DNA from: Rhina ancylostomus
Lineage: Eukaryota
Direction: 5' to 3'
Assembly: GCA_030265395.1 (NCBI GenBank)
Contig: JARFYF010000119.1
Coordinates: forward strand, 32,349,751 to 32,413,750
DNA length: 64,000 nt
Position 1 is the first letter of the stretch. Each line of letters starts with the position of its first letter. The position numbers and the translations under genes were made by a program. The notes beneath the pieces are model-generated. The model saw only the letters and a program-made list of their open reading frames with translations. It was not told where the DNA came from and ran no database searches. Shown here piece by piece: positions 38,583 through 51,123 of this stretch.

Positions 38583-39254
38583 CTTTTCACTGGCTGACCA
38601 CTTAATTTAGATGTTCTACAATTTGTCTTAAATGCAGTCCAGTCCATCTTCAAAGGGCTGTTAATGTATCTTCTTATTAGCTACGACTTTATCTATTCTG
38701 AAAACATGAGTACAAACCACAAGCAGGTACAATCAACAGTAAGCAAAAGTACACAAAAGATTTTCTATTTGCAAATAAATTGTATGGCAAGGGTTTAAGG
38801 GATAGAACAAATAATCAATAAATGTGCAAAACAGGCATTCAGTTCCTTGACTATTCAAGTCTAACAAGGTGTCTGGAATGCACTGGCAGGGGAGGTGACA
38901 GAAGTAGACTTGACAGGAACATTAGACTGGCGCATGAACAGGTAGGGGATGGAGGGATATAAACCACATGCAAGCAGAGGTGATTAGTATAAATTGGCAT
39001 CATGGTCTGCACAGGAACAGGCCGGGAGGTCTGTTCTTGAGCAGTACTGGTCTATGTTCACCAATCCAAATAACGCCTAAACATTAAATTGCAAATATTT
39101 TACATCTATATAGATGTCTAAACACAACAGCTCAGAATTTGTACACCATTTCCTTGATTCTGAAGCACAACGACATCTGCCTGATAACCCGGTGAAGCTT
39201 CCAAATCAAGACTCAGATCATAACATTATGAAAGCCAGTAAGTTCAACTTTGTA

Positions 39255-40295
39255 AGTTTAAATTTATTGTCATAGGCATATATACACAGGGTATAAATGC
39301 CATGAAAATCAGCAGTTTGCAGCAGCACAGTACATTATATAAACTTAAATTAATATATTATACATAACACAATAAACAAAACAATGACATTAGTGCCAGT
39401 TGAGAAAAATGTCATCCAAGCTAATATTAGTTTTAAGTTGGTTCCAAGAACCTGATGGCAGTGGTGAAGCAGCTGTTGCGAGCATGCTATGTTGGCACCA
39501 GAAGAGTGGTGACACTTGCGGGATGCCCCAGTACATTCTCAGTATCGCAAAAAGATGCATTTCATTGTGTTTTGATATACATGTGACTAATAAATAAATT
39601 CCTTGTTGAACCTCAAGNNNNNNNNNNNNNNNNNNNNNNNNNNNNNNNNNNNNNNNNNNNNNNNNNNNNNNNNNNNNNNNNNNNNNNNNNNNNNNNNNNN
39701 NNNNNNNNNNNNNNNNNGTGTTTTGATATACATGTGACTAATAAATAAATTCCTTGTTGAACCTCAAGATGTTTGTCTTCTGGCTCCTGTACCTCCTGCC
39801 TGATGACAGCAATGAGAAGAAGGCATGGCCCGGATGGTGGGAGTCCTTAATGATGGATGTCACCTTCCTGAAACATCATCTCTTGTAGATGCCCTTGATG
39901 GTGGGGAGAGTTTTACCCATGATAGAACTGGCTGAGTCCACTTCTCTCTGTAGCCCCTGGCTCCTTGCTTTCCTGTGCATTGGACTTCCCATACCAGGCT
40001 GTGATGCAACCAGTCAGAATGCTTTCCACTATACATCTGCAAAAGGTTGTTAGTCTTTGATAACATGCTGAATCTCCTTAAACACTTAAGTAGAGACACT
40101 AGCGCACCTTCTCTATGGGTGTACCTATATGCTGGACCCAGGATAGATCCTCCGAGATGTGGACAGCGAGGAATTTGAACCTGCTCACCTTTCCACCACA
40201 GAATCTTCAAATGAGGACTGGTGCTAGTTCATCAACTTCCCTTTCCTAAAGTCACAATCAGTTCCTTGGTTTAGTTGACATTGAATGCAAAGTTG
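39255..40295 (-). mobile_element. Rex1/Babar-like LINE 3' portion with a small nested insert
   Basis: Minus strand gives degenerate NNNFAFNV..TKELIV.FRKG and LRRFSMLSKT, homologous to the plus-strand copy at 41255-41611. Confidence 0.7.
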
Positions 40296-40299
40296 TTGT

Positions 40300-41611
40300 T
40301 ATGACATTAACACTTTACATGCCATTACTTCCTACAAGGCAAAACCCAACAGCATAAATAACAGTAATGCTTCATTCCCCAGTAAGTTCAATGCCTTTTA
40401 TGCATGCTTTGAAAAGGAGAACAACATTACACCTATGCAAATCCCCACAGCATCAGGCAACCCTGTGATCGGTGTTTCTGAGGACGACATCAAAGCATCC
40501 TTTGAGAGGGGGGATCCCTCGCAAGGCATCAGGCCCCGACAGTATACCTGCCAAGATACTGAAACTCTGTACTGACCAACTGGTTGGAGTGTTCAAGGAC
40601 ATCTTCAACCTCTCACCGCTGAAGCAGGTGAGAACCTCCAACTGCAAAAGGGGCATCAATCAACCGGTGCCCAAGAACAGAGCAGGGTGAGCTGCCTCAA
40701 TGACCATCACCTGGTAGCACTCACATCTATTGTGATAAAGTGCTTTGAGAGGTTGGTTATGGCTAGAATTAACTCCTGCCTGAGCAAAGACCTGGACCCG
40801 CTGCAATTTGCCTACTGCCACAACAGGTCTACAGCAGATGCAATCTCATTGGCTCTCCACTCCGCTTTGAAACACCTAGACAACAGCAAAACGTCAGGTG
40901 GCTATTATCGATTACAGCTCGGTGTTCAACACCATCATCCACTCATTACTAATCAACAAGCTCCAAAACCTGGGCCTTTGTACCTCCCTCTGCAACTGGA
41001 TCCTCAACTTACTTTTCGGAGACCAGTCAGTGCGGATCAGTAGTAACGTCTCTTCCTTGCTAACAAAGAATGCAGGCACATCTCAAGGATGTGTGCTTAG
41101 CCCACTGCTCTACTCTCTCTGCATTTATTATTGTGTGGCTAGGTACAGCTCGAATTCCATCTATAAATTCACCAATGACATCACTGTTGTTGGCAGAATC
41201 TCAGATGGCGATGAGGTAGTGTACAGGAGTGAGAGAGATTGGCTGGATGAGTGGTGTTGCAATGGCAACCTCACACTCAACATCAGCAAGACTAAAGGAT
41301 TTGATTGTGGACTTCAGGAAGGAGAGGTTGGGAAAACACAAACCAGTATTCATTGAGGGGTCAGCGGTGGCAAGGGTGAACACCTTCAAGTTCCTGGGTG
41401 TCAACATCTCAGAAGATCTGAGCTACAAGTTATAAAAATAAATAGTGCAAAAGAGGAATAAAAATGCAACACATTGATGCAATCATGAAGGCAGCACACC
41501 AGCAGCTCTACTTCATTTGGAGTTTGAGGAGATTTGGCATGTCACCAAAGACTCTTGCAAATTTCTACAGATGTAAAATGGAGACCATTCTGACTGGTTG
41601 CATCACTGCCT
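40300..41611 (+). mobile_element. Rex1/Babar-like LINE reverse transcriptase pseudogene
   Basis: Overlapping ORFs: [53 protein letters not shown]...[18 protein letters not shown]...[15 protein letters not shown]...[15 protein letters not shown]...FKFLGVNISEDLS; frameshifted. Confidence 0.9.
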
Positions 41612-44099
41612 NNNNNNNNNNNNNNNNNNNNNNNNNNNNNNNNNNNNNNNNNNNNNNNNNNNNNNNNNNNNNNNNNNNNNNNNNNNNNNNNNNNNNNNNN
41701 NNNNNNNNNNNNNNNNNNNNNNNNNNNNNNNNNNNNNNNNNNNNNNNNNNNNNNNNNNNNNNNNNNNNNNNNNNNNNNNNNNNNNNNNNNNNNNNNNNNN
41801 NNNNNNNNNNNNNNNNNNNNNNNNNNNNNNNNNNNNNNNNNNNNNNNNNNNNNNNNNNNNNNNNNNNNNNNNNNNNNNNNNNNNNNNNNNNNNNNNNNNN
41901 NNNNNNNNNNNNNNNNNNNNNNNNNNNNNNNNNNNNNNNNNNNNNNNNNNNNNNNNNNNNNNNNNNNNNNNNNNNNNNNNNNNNNNNNNNNNNNNNNNNN
42001 NNNNNNNNNNNNNNNNNNNNNNNNNNNNNNNNNNNNNNNNNNNNNNNNNNNNNNNNNNNNNNNNNNNNNNNNNNNNNNNNNNNNNNNNNNNNNNNNNNNN
42101 NNNNNNNNNNNNNNNNNNNNNNNNNNNNNNNNNNNNNNNNNNNNNNNNNNNNNNNNNNNNNNNNNNNNNNNNNNNNNNNNNNNNNNNNNNNNNNNNNNNN
42201 NNNNNNNNNNNNNNNNNNNNNNNNNNNNNNNNNNNNNNNNNNNNNNNNNNNNNNNNNNNNNNNNNNNNNNNNNNNNNNNNNNNNNNNNNNNNNNNNNNNN
42301 NNNNNNNNNNNNNNNNNNNNNNNNNNNNNNNNNNNNNNNNNNNNNNNNNNNNNNNNNNNNNNNNNNNNNNNNNNNNNNNNNNNNNNNNNNNNNNNNNNNN
42401 NNNNNNNNNNNNNNNNNNNNNNNNNNNNNNNNNNNNNNNNNNNNNNNNNNNNNNNNNNNNNNNNNNNNNNNNNNNNNNNNNNNNNNNNNNNNNNNNNNNN
42501 NNNNNNNNNNNNNNNNNNNNNNNNNNNNNNNNNNNNNTTAACAAATGGTTTACTATTCCTCTCTCTCATTCTCACACACCAAGCTATGCTCCAGCATCCA
42601 ATTCCTGATCCTGGCCACAAGCTGCATTCTGCCCATGCTCCTGCCCCACAGCACTCCATCCACACACTCAACTGATTTCCACCATGCTCCATCTACACAC
42701 ATGGCCCCATTGTCATAAACTTCTCCAGCTCCCAAAGGTATTTGCCTTCTCTTGACTTTGTAGGTAGCCTACTTCAACAGTTCAATTTGCAGACCTCCTT
42801 AAGCTGGCAAGGCCCTAAGGTCTGAAATTCCCTCCCTAAGCTTCTATTTCTCCAACATCTATTCCCCCTTTAAAACCTACCTCCTAGATCAAGTTCTTTG
42901 TCATCTGTCTCCATATGTCCAAATGATTTTGTATCAAATTATATTTGACATTACTTCTGTGAAATACCTTGGGGAATTGTTTCATTGGACATTAAAATGT
43001 CATTTCTACTGATTTACAGGTTTGTATTTCAACCAGGCTATCAAATTAATACAAAAAACTTAGCAGGCAATGCAACCAAAGGTCAGGTTTCATGCTCCTT
43101 GATAATGTTTCACAATTCACTTAAAAGCCAAGTCACCTTCCCTTTAATTTTATAACTACATTTAATTAATTGCTCCCAGCAGTGTGACAAGTTAAATACA
43201 TAAACCCTCACTCTCTGAATCAATGTCAATATACCCTTCTCTGTCAGACAATAACTAGGACTAGAGTTTACCATTTTCTCTCTTCCATGGGCACTTTTCA
43301 CAGCACCTCCAGCTCAGTTTATTCCTCAGTATCTAAAACTTCTGAGGAGGCTTAACAAAATAGATGCTGAAAGGCCATATTTCCCAGCTGAAGAATCTGG
43401 ATCTAGGAATCATTGTGACAGGATAGAGAATCACTATTAAAAGCTGAAATACAAAGAAATATCTTCACCAAGCAGTTTACAAACCTTTGGAATTCTCCAT
43501 TCCATAAGGCTGCAGATTATCACTGACGAGATTTTTGGATGCAGAATTATTCAAAGGATACAGGATAGAGTGAGAAATTGATGTTGAATTCAAATTTCAT
43601 GCATGTTCTGACTGATCAAGAGGACAAGTTAAAGGATTTAATATGGCCTACCTCTTCCTATTACTCAGGTCTTTGTCATGTTCCAAAACAAGTAAATTTT
43701 ATGTTTGCATGCCTATGTTGGTATTAACCACTATTGTCTATTACCACTCAATTCTGATTCAGACTTCACTTCAGTCCAATTCATTCAACTGCCTTCCCTT
43801 TTTGTGTTCTTCACATGCATATTGTTGGCTTTTTAAGTCTCAGGCAACTGGTGGCAAGGCCAGAGACAAAGAAAACACATTCATTTGCCTCGATAGCTGC
43901 TAAAATTATGGAATGTCCTGGAAACAAATCTTTCCAGCTGGCCTCCCATCACCAAAAGATACAAGAACAGCACGACAGGAAAATTCAACTTCAGTCTCAT
44001 GGCCAATTGCATAAAACAGTAGTAACATCTACAATAGCTGGTGAATTCAGCAAAGTCACCAAATACCTAAAAATGAGGTGGCAACCCAGCACAGCTGCA

Positions 44100-45100
44100 A
44101 TACAGGACAACTTCTTCCTAGGCAATCTCTTGGGAATGACAACGACTCACTTTCACTCTGGTTTTGAGAGTTTTGAAGTGGCTAACAGGGCCAATGTGGG
44201 AATGACAGACGTTTTCACAGATGGGGCAGGTGATGGTGGTCAGAGCAGTTCCATGGATAATTTGAGGCGGCACACCCCTTCCATCATTTACACAGGACAT
44301 CTAAGTTTTCAATGCCATCCTGAAACCTTGTTCTCTACTTTGAACAGTCTTGGGAGTCAGTGAAGATGCTGCAATTCTTCAAGGAAGCTTTAAGCACCTC
44401 CTTAAACCTTTACCTCTACCCACCCGGTAGCATCTTCCCTTGACAGAGGTCAGAACAGAGCATCTCCTTTAGGAATCTGGAGTCAGACATGCAAACCTCA
44501 TGGCCTGCCTGATGTGGTCCACTGATGACAACCAAGATCTCAATATTTGGTGTGTGTTGGTCTGGAAGAGGACAGACTTCAGTTTGCTTGTCCTTCCAGT
44601 GAACTGAGGATTTTGAAGAGGGCGTGCTGGTGGTATTTTTCCAGTACCTTAAAATGCCTCTTGTAGGTAGTCCAGGTCTCTGAAGCAAATTGGAGGTTTT
44701 GCTGGTAACTACAAATTTCTGCCAGATCCGAAGTCTTGATCTTCAAACACCCTTTCCCTCAATTAACCAAAAGCTGTGCTGGTGCATAGAGAGCCGTGGT
44801 AAATTTCAACCTCAATGTCTGCCTTTGCTGAGATATGAGAAATGATCCACATTTTCCAGGGTTTTACTGTTAACATTTATCATCTTACTGTAGTCTGCTA
44901 CAACAGTGCACTAGGTAGAGTTGGTAGAGGTCCCCTATCTTGCAGATGTGGAGTGCAAGGTCTGTACTTTTGTATGCTGCAGTGAAAGTGCCAATAACTT
45001 AGAACTCAACCATTCAGTAGCTTAACTACTGAGGTTTGAAACTTTGGTTCTAGAGTGCCACCACTACAAGTTGAACAGCTTCTTATTAGTTCTGAAGGTT
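44100..45100 (-). mobile_element. RTE-clade (BovB-like) LINE 3' part
   Basis: SDSRFLKEMLCSDLCQGKMLPGG and CPICENVCHSHIGPVSHFKTL resemble the RTE C-terminus. Confidence 0.7.
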
Positions 45101-46181
45101 AGCTCTACTGCTGGAAGAGGTTTCTTGAAGCCACTTTGAAGCATCACACTACCCTGCTCCAGAAATATATCAGTTGTCATTCATTGTCATTGGGTCCAAT
45201 TCCCTGAAACTCTCCACACTGTGCAAGTTCCTTCATTGGAAGGTCTGCAGTAGTTCAAAGTGCTGGCTCACCACCGCATTCTAAAGGGCAATTAACAAAG
45301 TGTAATAAATGCTGGCCTTGTCAGCAACTCACTCCCAAATCCCACCAAAAATCAATCTTAAAAATGATAGCTTGGTACTGGATTTACAATACAAAATATT
45401 TTTATACTTTAACANNNNNNNNNNNNNNNNNNNNNNNNNNNNNNNNNNNNNNNNNNNNNNNNNNNNNNNNNNNNNNNNNNNNNNNNNNNNNNNNNNNNNN
45501 NNNNNNNNNNNNNNATTTTTATACTTTAACAGCACTTTTCCTGTTTCATTTGTAGAAATTAGTAAATCTCAAATTCAAAAATTTAGAAATTGGCAGACTG
45601 CTGCAGAATGTCAAGGGTTTGATTATAATGTTCCTCCAAATTGTGCAACTGCAGTATTTAACTGATTCTGTACAACACAAAAAGCTTATTATATACAGTA
45701 ATAGTCAATCCAATGACTATTCATAAACTAGTTTGATGATTCTGGGATGCAGAATCAATTACAAAATACAGTTTTTAATCTCAGCTACACTTGCAGAAAT
45801 ACACATGGTAGAAGTTTCACTAGTGGTTAGCTGGCAGCAAGCAGCTATTAGTGAATAGAGAGGGCTTAGTGGAGAAAAGAAATGAAGGATTCATACAAAA
45901 ACAAAACAGGGCCATGTATGCCACATTGCTTAGCTTGCATCATACTCCTTGTACAAATAATGTTACAGTAGCTTCAGGAAAGAAATGGTTATTGTATATT
46001 TTCCCCCAACAGAATTAATGCAATTCAACAAAACACTTCACAAAAAGACAGCAACCCACTATATGCCTAAATAAATGTTATAAATGAAGGAATTTTACAT
46101 GAACTTTAGTGCTGCCCAGGAAACAAATCTAAGCTCCAACAGTATTTATTGTGAAATTGGCAAACATTCACCCAAACCTAC

Positions 46182-46384
46182 TTTGTGAGTTTTTGCTTAA
46201 TATCTTCCACCGAATGTTCATAATTGCTGTATGCATTTTCAAACTTTGTCAGCAGCCTTTGAAAAGAATGGGTACAGTCCTCCAAATTGGCCATAATGGC
46301 AGCCCAACCTTGATGCTGAAGGTGTTCATCATGAACTAGTCTTTCACAGAATGAGCAGAGTTTCTTTGCAACTTCATACATCTC
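46182..46384 (-). CDS. RB1CC1: RB1CC1 coding exon 4 (203 nt)
   Basis: EMYEVAKKLCSFCERLVHDEHLQHQGWAAIMANLEDC...IKQKLT; ttttctttgatag / AA|gtaggt; ORF track 46178..46381. Confidence 0.97.
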
Positions 46385-47689
46385 CTATCAAAGAAAACAA
46401 AAAGGACAAATAGCAGAAGTGAATTTATCTCTGACAATCCAATCAAACCAGAAGGTTTTGTAATGGTTCATTCCCCAAATATTTCCACTAATACACTGCC
46501 AGTATATCAGATACATATTACTGATAGTGGAAAAACATTGAACAAAAGTGAAGATTTCATAATAGGTTCTCATAATAAAAAACAATAACATGACCTAAAC
46601 CATTGATCTAATCTGAAACCCCATTAGATTTGTATCTGTAAAGGCTTATAAAATGGCAAATTCAGCCTCATACTTTTAATAACATTTGAGTTTTCAAGAA
46701 TACAATATACAAAAGTGCTTCAGATCTAATAAATTAGTTTTGGAATGCAAGGACTGTTTTGTAGATAATATACATGGCCCAGTTCATCAGTTTTTGACCA
46801 TGTTAAGGACAAACCCTGTTCTTAAAGTATTACCAGAGATCATCCACCACTCACCCAAACCCAGGAAGGCCCTTATCCAATTCACATCTCAAAAGCCTAG
46901 TCCAGGAATCTAGAATGCCCTTAGTGCAGAAATAAACTTTCAGCCAACATCATGTGTTGTGTGTCTTGGAGCACGGCATGATCCATTATCTGATCACCAT
47001 CTTTATTCTTAATTGTTCACACCCTTTTCTTTACTACCTGCTTACTAATTATACATTTATAGAAGACTTTTAGGTTGCCTTGATGTTAACTGCAATTCTA
47101 TTTTCACATTCTTTGCTAATCTTATTTTCCTTTCATTTTCCATCTCAGTTTATTCTATTCAGTCTGCTTCTCACTAGAATTATTCACCTCAAGTGCATAC
47201 TACACCTCCTTTCTTTGTTGCATAACATTCTCCATCTCCTTTGTCATCAAAGCTTTGGCACATTTCTCAAAATCAGACTGGGTAATAACTCCTTTGGTCA
47301 AAAACATACTGATTAAAGCAGCTCTCCAGAACATTTCAGAAATTCCAACCTATCATGACCCTTTATTCTAACCTTATACAAATCAGTATTACTGTCAATA
47401 AAATCCCCTGACCTCGCCACTACATTTCTTGCACAGTAATTTTCAGGCAGACCTATTCCTTTAACTCTTTGAGCATCTGGTAGCCAACAGAATATCCCCT
47501 GCAATGTTAAAGCACCCTAATCATAGTTCAACTCAAAGTGGATTAAAAACATCTTGCTCTTCAACATTACCAAGTCTTCTTTAACCAATAATGGCAGCCC
47601 TCTATTATCTTTTTCCACTCTCTTTTCTTATGTCCAATATTACTTCTCGGTCTTTCTCATTTTTGAGCAATGTTTCCATTATTACTGTT

Positions 47690-48545
47690 ATAAGACCATA
47701 AGATATAGGAGCAGAATTAGACCATTCAGCCCATTGAGTCTGCTCTGCCATTCAATCATAACTGATTTTGTTAAGAAAATCCATTCTCCTGTCTTTCCTC
47801 TATAACCCTTAACCCCCTTAGCAATCAAGAACCTATCAATCTGCCTTAAATACACCCAATGACTTGGCTCTGTGGCAACGAATTCCACAAATTCAGCACT
47901 TTCTGGCATCACTCATCCTCTCCACATCCACTCAATCTAATATTCAATAGGTTTCAATGAAATTTCACCCCCCCCCCACCCCTCATCCTTCTGAACTCCA
48001 TCAAGTATAGGCCCAGAGACATCAAATGCTCCTCAGATGTTAAGCCTTTCATTCCTGGAATCATTCTTGTGAATTTCCTCTGGACCCTCTCCAGGGCCAG
48101 CACATGCTTCCTTAGATGCAGGGCCCAAAATATTCCAAATGTGGTCTTACAAAGCCTCATCCTTGCTTTTATATTCTAGTCATCTTGAAATGAATGCTCA
48201 CAATGCATTTGCTTTCTTTACTATTGACTCAACCTGCATGTTAACCTTGGGGGAATCCTGAACGAGGACTCCCAAATCACTTTGTACTTCTGATTTCTGG
48301 ATTTGCTCCCCATTTACAAAAGAGTTTACACCTTTATTCTTCCTACAAAAGTGCATAATCCCACACTCTCCAATGCTGTATTCAATCTGCCATTTCTTTG
48401 CCCACTCTCCCAACCTGTCTGAGCCCTTCTGCAGACTCCCTGCCTCTGTGACACTACCTGTTCCTCCACCTATCTTGGTATTGTCTCCAAACTTAGCCAC
48501 AATGCCATCAGTTCTTTCATCCAGATCATTAATGTATAATTTATA
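47690..48545 (-). mobile_element. 5'-truncated CR1-type LINE
   Basis: LYINDLDERTDGIVAKFGDNTKIGG...LGEWAKKWQIEY, LERVQRKFTRMIPGMKGL. Confidence 0.9.
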
Positions 48546-49228
48546 GTTCCATGTGGCTGTGTTTTCCATTCACCCACCATACTTGCCACATTTCGCAAAT
48601 GTATTCATATACAGTCTACACTGGTGTCATTCCTACATTCTCACTTAGAAGACTGGTAAAGGATGACTACTATGCACTGAAGTGCTACCTGCCATTTTGC
48701 CTCCTTTGAGTGCTTTATTCTGCTCTTCAGCTGCTGGTTGGTTCCCACCTTTTGCCAATTCAGTTTAAATCCTCCCCAACCACTTGGCTTTAGGTTGAGA
48801 AGGACAAAGTTACAACTAATCTGTATGAGAGCAAGACAATTCACTTCTCTAAAATGGTCAAAGAGCACAATTATTATGCTGGGGCAGTTATGACATCACC
48901 TGGTAAAACAAGTACCAACCAGACAGAAGCACATCAAAATAAACTATGGTGATAAAATAGTAGATGTTATTGCTATAAAAATGTATTTCAAGAATAAGTA
49001 TATAGGACCACAATCACATGCTGTAGTAAAGGTTGTTGGAAAAAAGTTCTGTAAATTGGACAATAATGGAGAAAGCACAAGAATCCAAGTTGGATGAGAG
49101 AGAGCGCGCTAACATTAACTTCAAAATTCGATTATGACCATTTACAATCCAAGGTGGCATCTTAAAAGAAACTAATAGTCAAGGAAGAAAGTTCATTAGC
49201 TTTCAGTAACAAATATTATTAATCTTAC

Positions 49229-49399
49229 CACAGCAAGTTGAGTTCGAGAGGCCACTGTGTGAAAGACAGCTGGCATCATAAGAGACTCCTCCACCTTCAA
49301 TCCCATTTCATTTTCTGCAGAGAATGTTGTCTTGGGAATTGTTGGTGCACGGTCACACAGAATCATCTCTTTGTTGTATAGAAATATGGGATTTGTATC
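49229..49399 (-). CDS. RB1CC1: RB1CC1 coding exon 3 (171 nt)
   Basis: DTNPIFLYNKEMILCDRAPTIPKTTFSAENEMGLKVEESLMMPAVFHTVASRTQLAV; ccatag / GTG|gtaaga. Confidence 0.97.
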
Positions 49400-49841
49400 C
49401 TATGGTTTTAAAATTTAAAAATAGTGAAGTTTGAAACATAGCTAAATTCAATCAAAGCACCTTCCTAGAGCAGCAGCAGCAGTTAGGTTTGAAAACTTAT
49501 CAGAACACCCCACTATTCTCAAAGCACACAAATAGAACCTCAAAAGCCTTTGTATTTTTAATTGATGTTCAACAATTAAAAGAGAAAATACAGATCACAT
49601 TTCACCTTAATATACATTCAGTCCCTGGATCCACAGTTTACTGTTCTAAATACTGAAATATAGTTGCAATTTAGGATGTGAAGGCAACAAGAATAGTGCT
49701 ATAAGCAACCAATATTAAAGATGGTGTAATGTATATTTTGGAAAAGTACTTTTTATTTTAAGAAATGCATTGAAGTAGTAGCGAGCTCTCAACCAGAAGC
49801 CTTTAAGATTAATTTATCTATATAGATTTTAGGTCACTTAC

Positions 49842-49968
49842 CGTTCCAGCACTGTAGCTACAAACACGCCTGTCTGCCACCATACATTCACCTCCATTGA
49901 CAACCAATACTTGATGCTGAGTTGCAATCTTATATTTAGCTTGGATAGCATGTTTAAGGTCTGCAACA
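49842..49968 (-). CDS. RB1CC1: RB1CC1 coding exon 2 (127 nt), ubiquitin-like domain
   Basis: VADLKHAIQAKYKIATQHQVLVVNGGECMVADRRVCSYSAGT; cttcag acceptor, ACG|gtaagt donor; phase fits. Confidence 0.97.
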
Positions 49969-51011
49969 CTGAAGTTATAATTACCACACTTAACTACATA
50001 TCTCCATTTATATTATACTACTTGAATTCAATGCAAACTATAATGTATTAATTTTAAATGTTCTCAGCAGAAGATTAGGAAAAAACCTTAGCCCATTGCA
50101 TAGTTCCAAAAATTGTAATGGAGAAGAGCCTAGCTACCCAACCCTAAAAGATTCCAAATACAATCATCACAGGCCTATTCTTGTGTTTTTCTGGATCTCA
50201 AGCACAAAGGAACTACTAATCATCGGAAATACTGGTTAATACAATTAGGCTAAAATAAAACTCATGCAATTTAACAGATGCTGAAAAAAGTGCATTAAAA
50301 AGTCATTCAGATCATTATCATTACTCTAGCTCAGACTTCAATGAAATTATTCTAAAGTTTCCCCATTTTAAAGAAAAAGCACCTGTGACAGAATGTACAG
50401 AAAATTGACTTAAGTAATGGCAAATACTGAAACAAGCAAAGATAAAGTGCTTCATCTAGATTAGTAGAAAATCTTCCTGGCAATGACAATTCAAGCTAGA
50501 AACTAATTTTGAAAACATTTTCTTCTGCAAAAGGCTGTACTGTCAAGTATTGTGAAAATGAGTAAAGAATTGGTCTCTTGAAAAGTCTTCCTTCAATATA
50601 GATGGGGTAGCTTAGGGAGGGCAAGGGTGGATTAGAGAGTTTAGTTAAGCTGCAATTCTCAATGCAAGAGAACCCATTGATTGCTCAGAACAAGAATCAT
50701 AAAATATACACATACAGAACTATGATAGCAATAAAGATTAAGGAAAGCTTTTACTACAATTTTTTTTACTCCATTTCCAAACCATTGCTAGGTGCAAATC
50801 CCTGGGTGTATTTGCTGATTTATTTCTGTAACCAATAAATTTTTGTTCCTTTTATTGTTTAGTAAATATATAACCAATTAAAATCAATTCTTCTGTACAT
50901 TGTTACCAAGGCAGCATTAAAAAAAAGCTAGATATGCTTTTTAGGTTATCAAACAAGTCAGAGACAATGAAGATGGAAACCACAGTAAGCATTCTGAACA
51001 TTTGTACTTAC

Positions 51012-51082
51012 GTCTGTACAGCAAGTTCTGTGTCAAATGTAAGGGTAGTTCCAGTATTTACCAAAAATACGTACAACTTCAT
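51012..51082 (-). CDS. RB1CC1: RB1CC1/FIP200 first coding exon (exon 51012-51130, 48 nt 5'UTR + 71 nt CDS)
   Basis: Translates MKLYVFLVNTGTTLTFDTELAVQ(T), matching the FIP200 N-terminus. Start context gcaacATGa, acceptor ttttttgttgatag, donor AC|gtaagt. Confidence 0.97.
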
Positions 51083-51123
51083 GTTGCCACCACTACTTTC
51101 ATCACTTTTTTCACTTCAGTCAT
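51079..51123 (-). other. Upstream ORF MTEVKKVMKVVVAT* whose TGA overlaps the main ATG (ATGA)
   Basis: Read directly: atg act gaa gtg aaa aaa gtg atg aaa gta gtg gtg gca aca tga. Whether it is translated is unknown. Confidence 0.6.

Noticed and set aside
41464-42692. Long ORFs of 313-403 aa (also 63005-63997 and others spanning N runs)
   Set aside because: They consist almost entirely of X from assembly gaps.
43815-44363. 182-aa plus-strand ORF
   Set aside because: Partly antisense to an RTE LINE relic; no recognisable domain.
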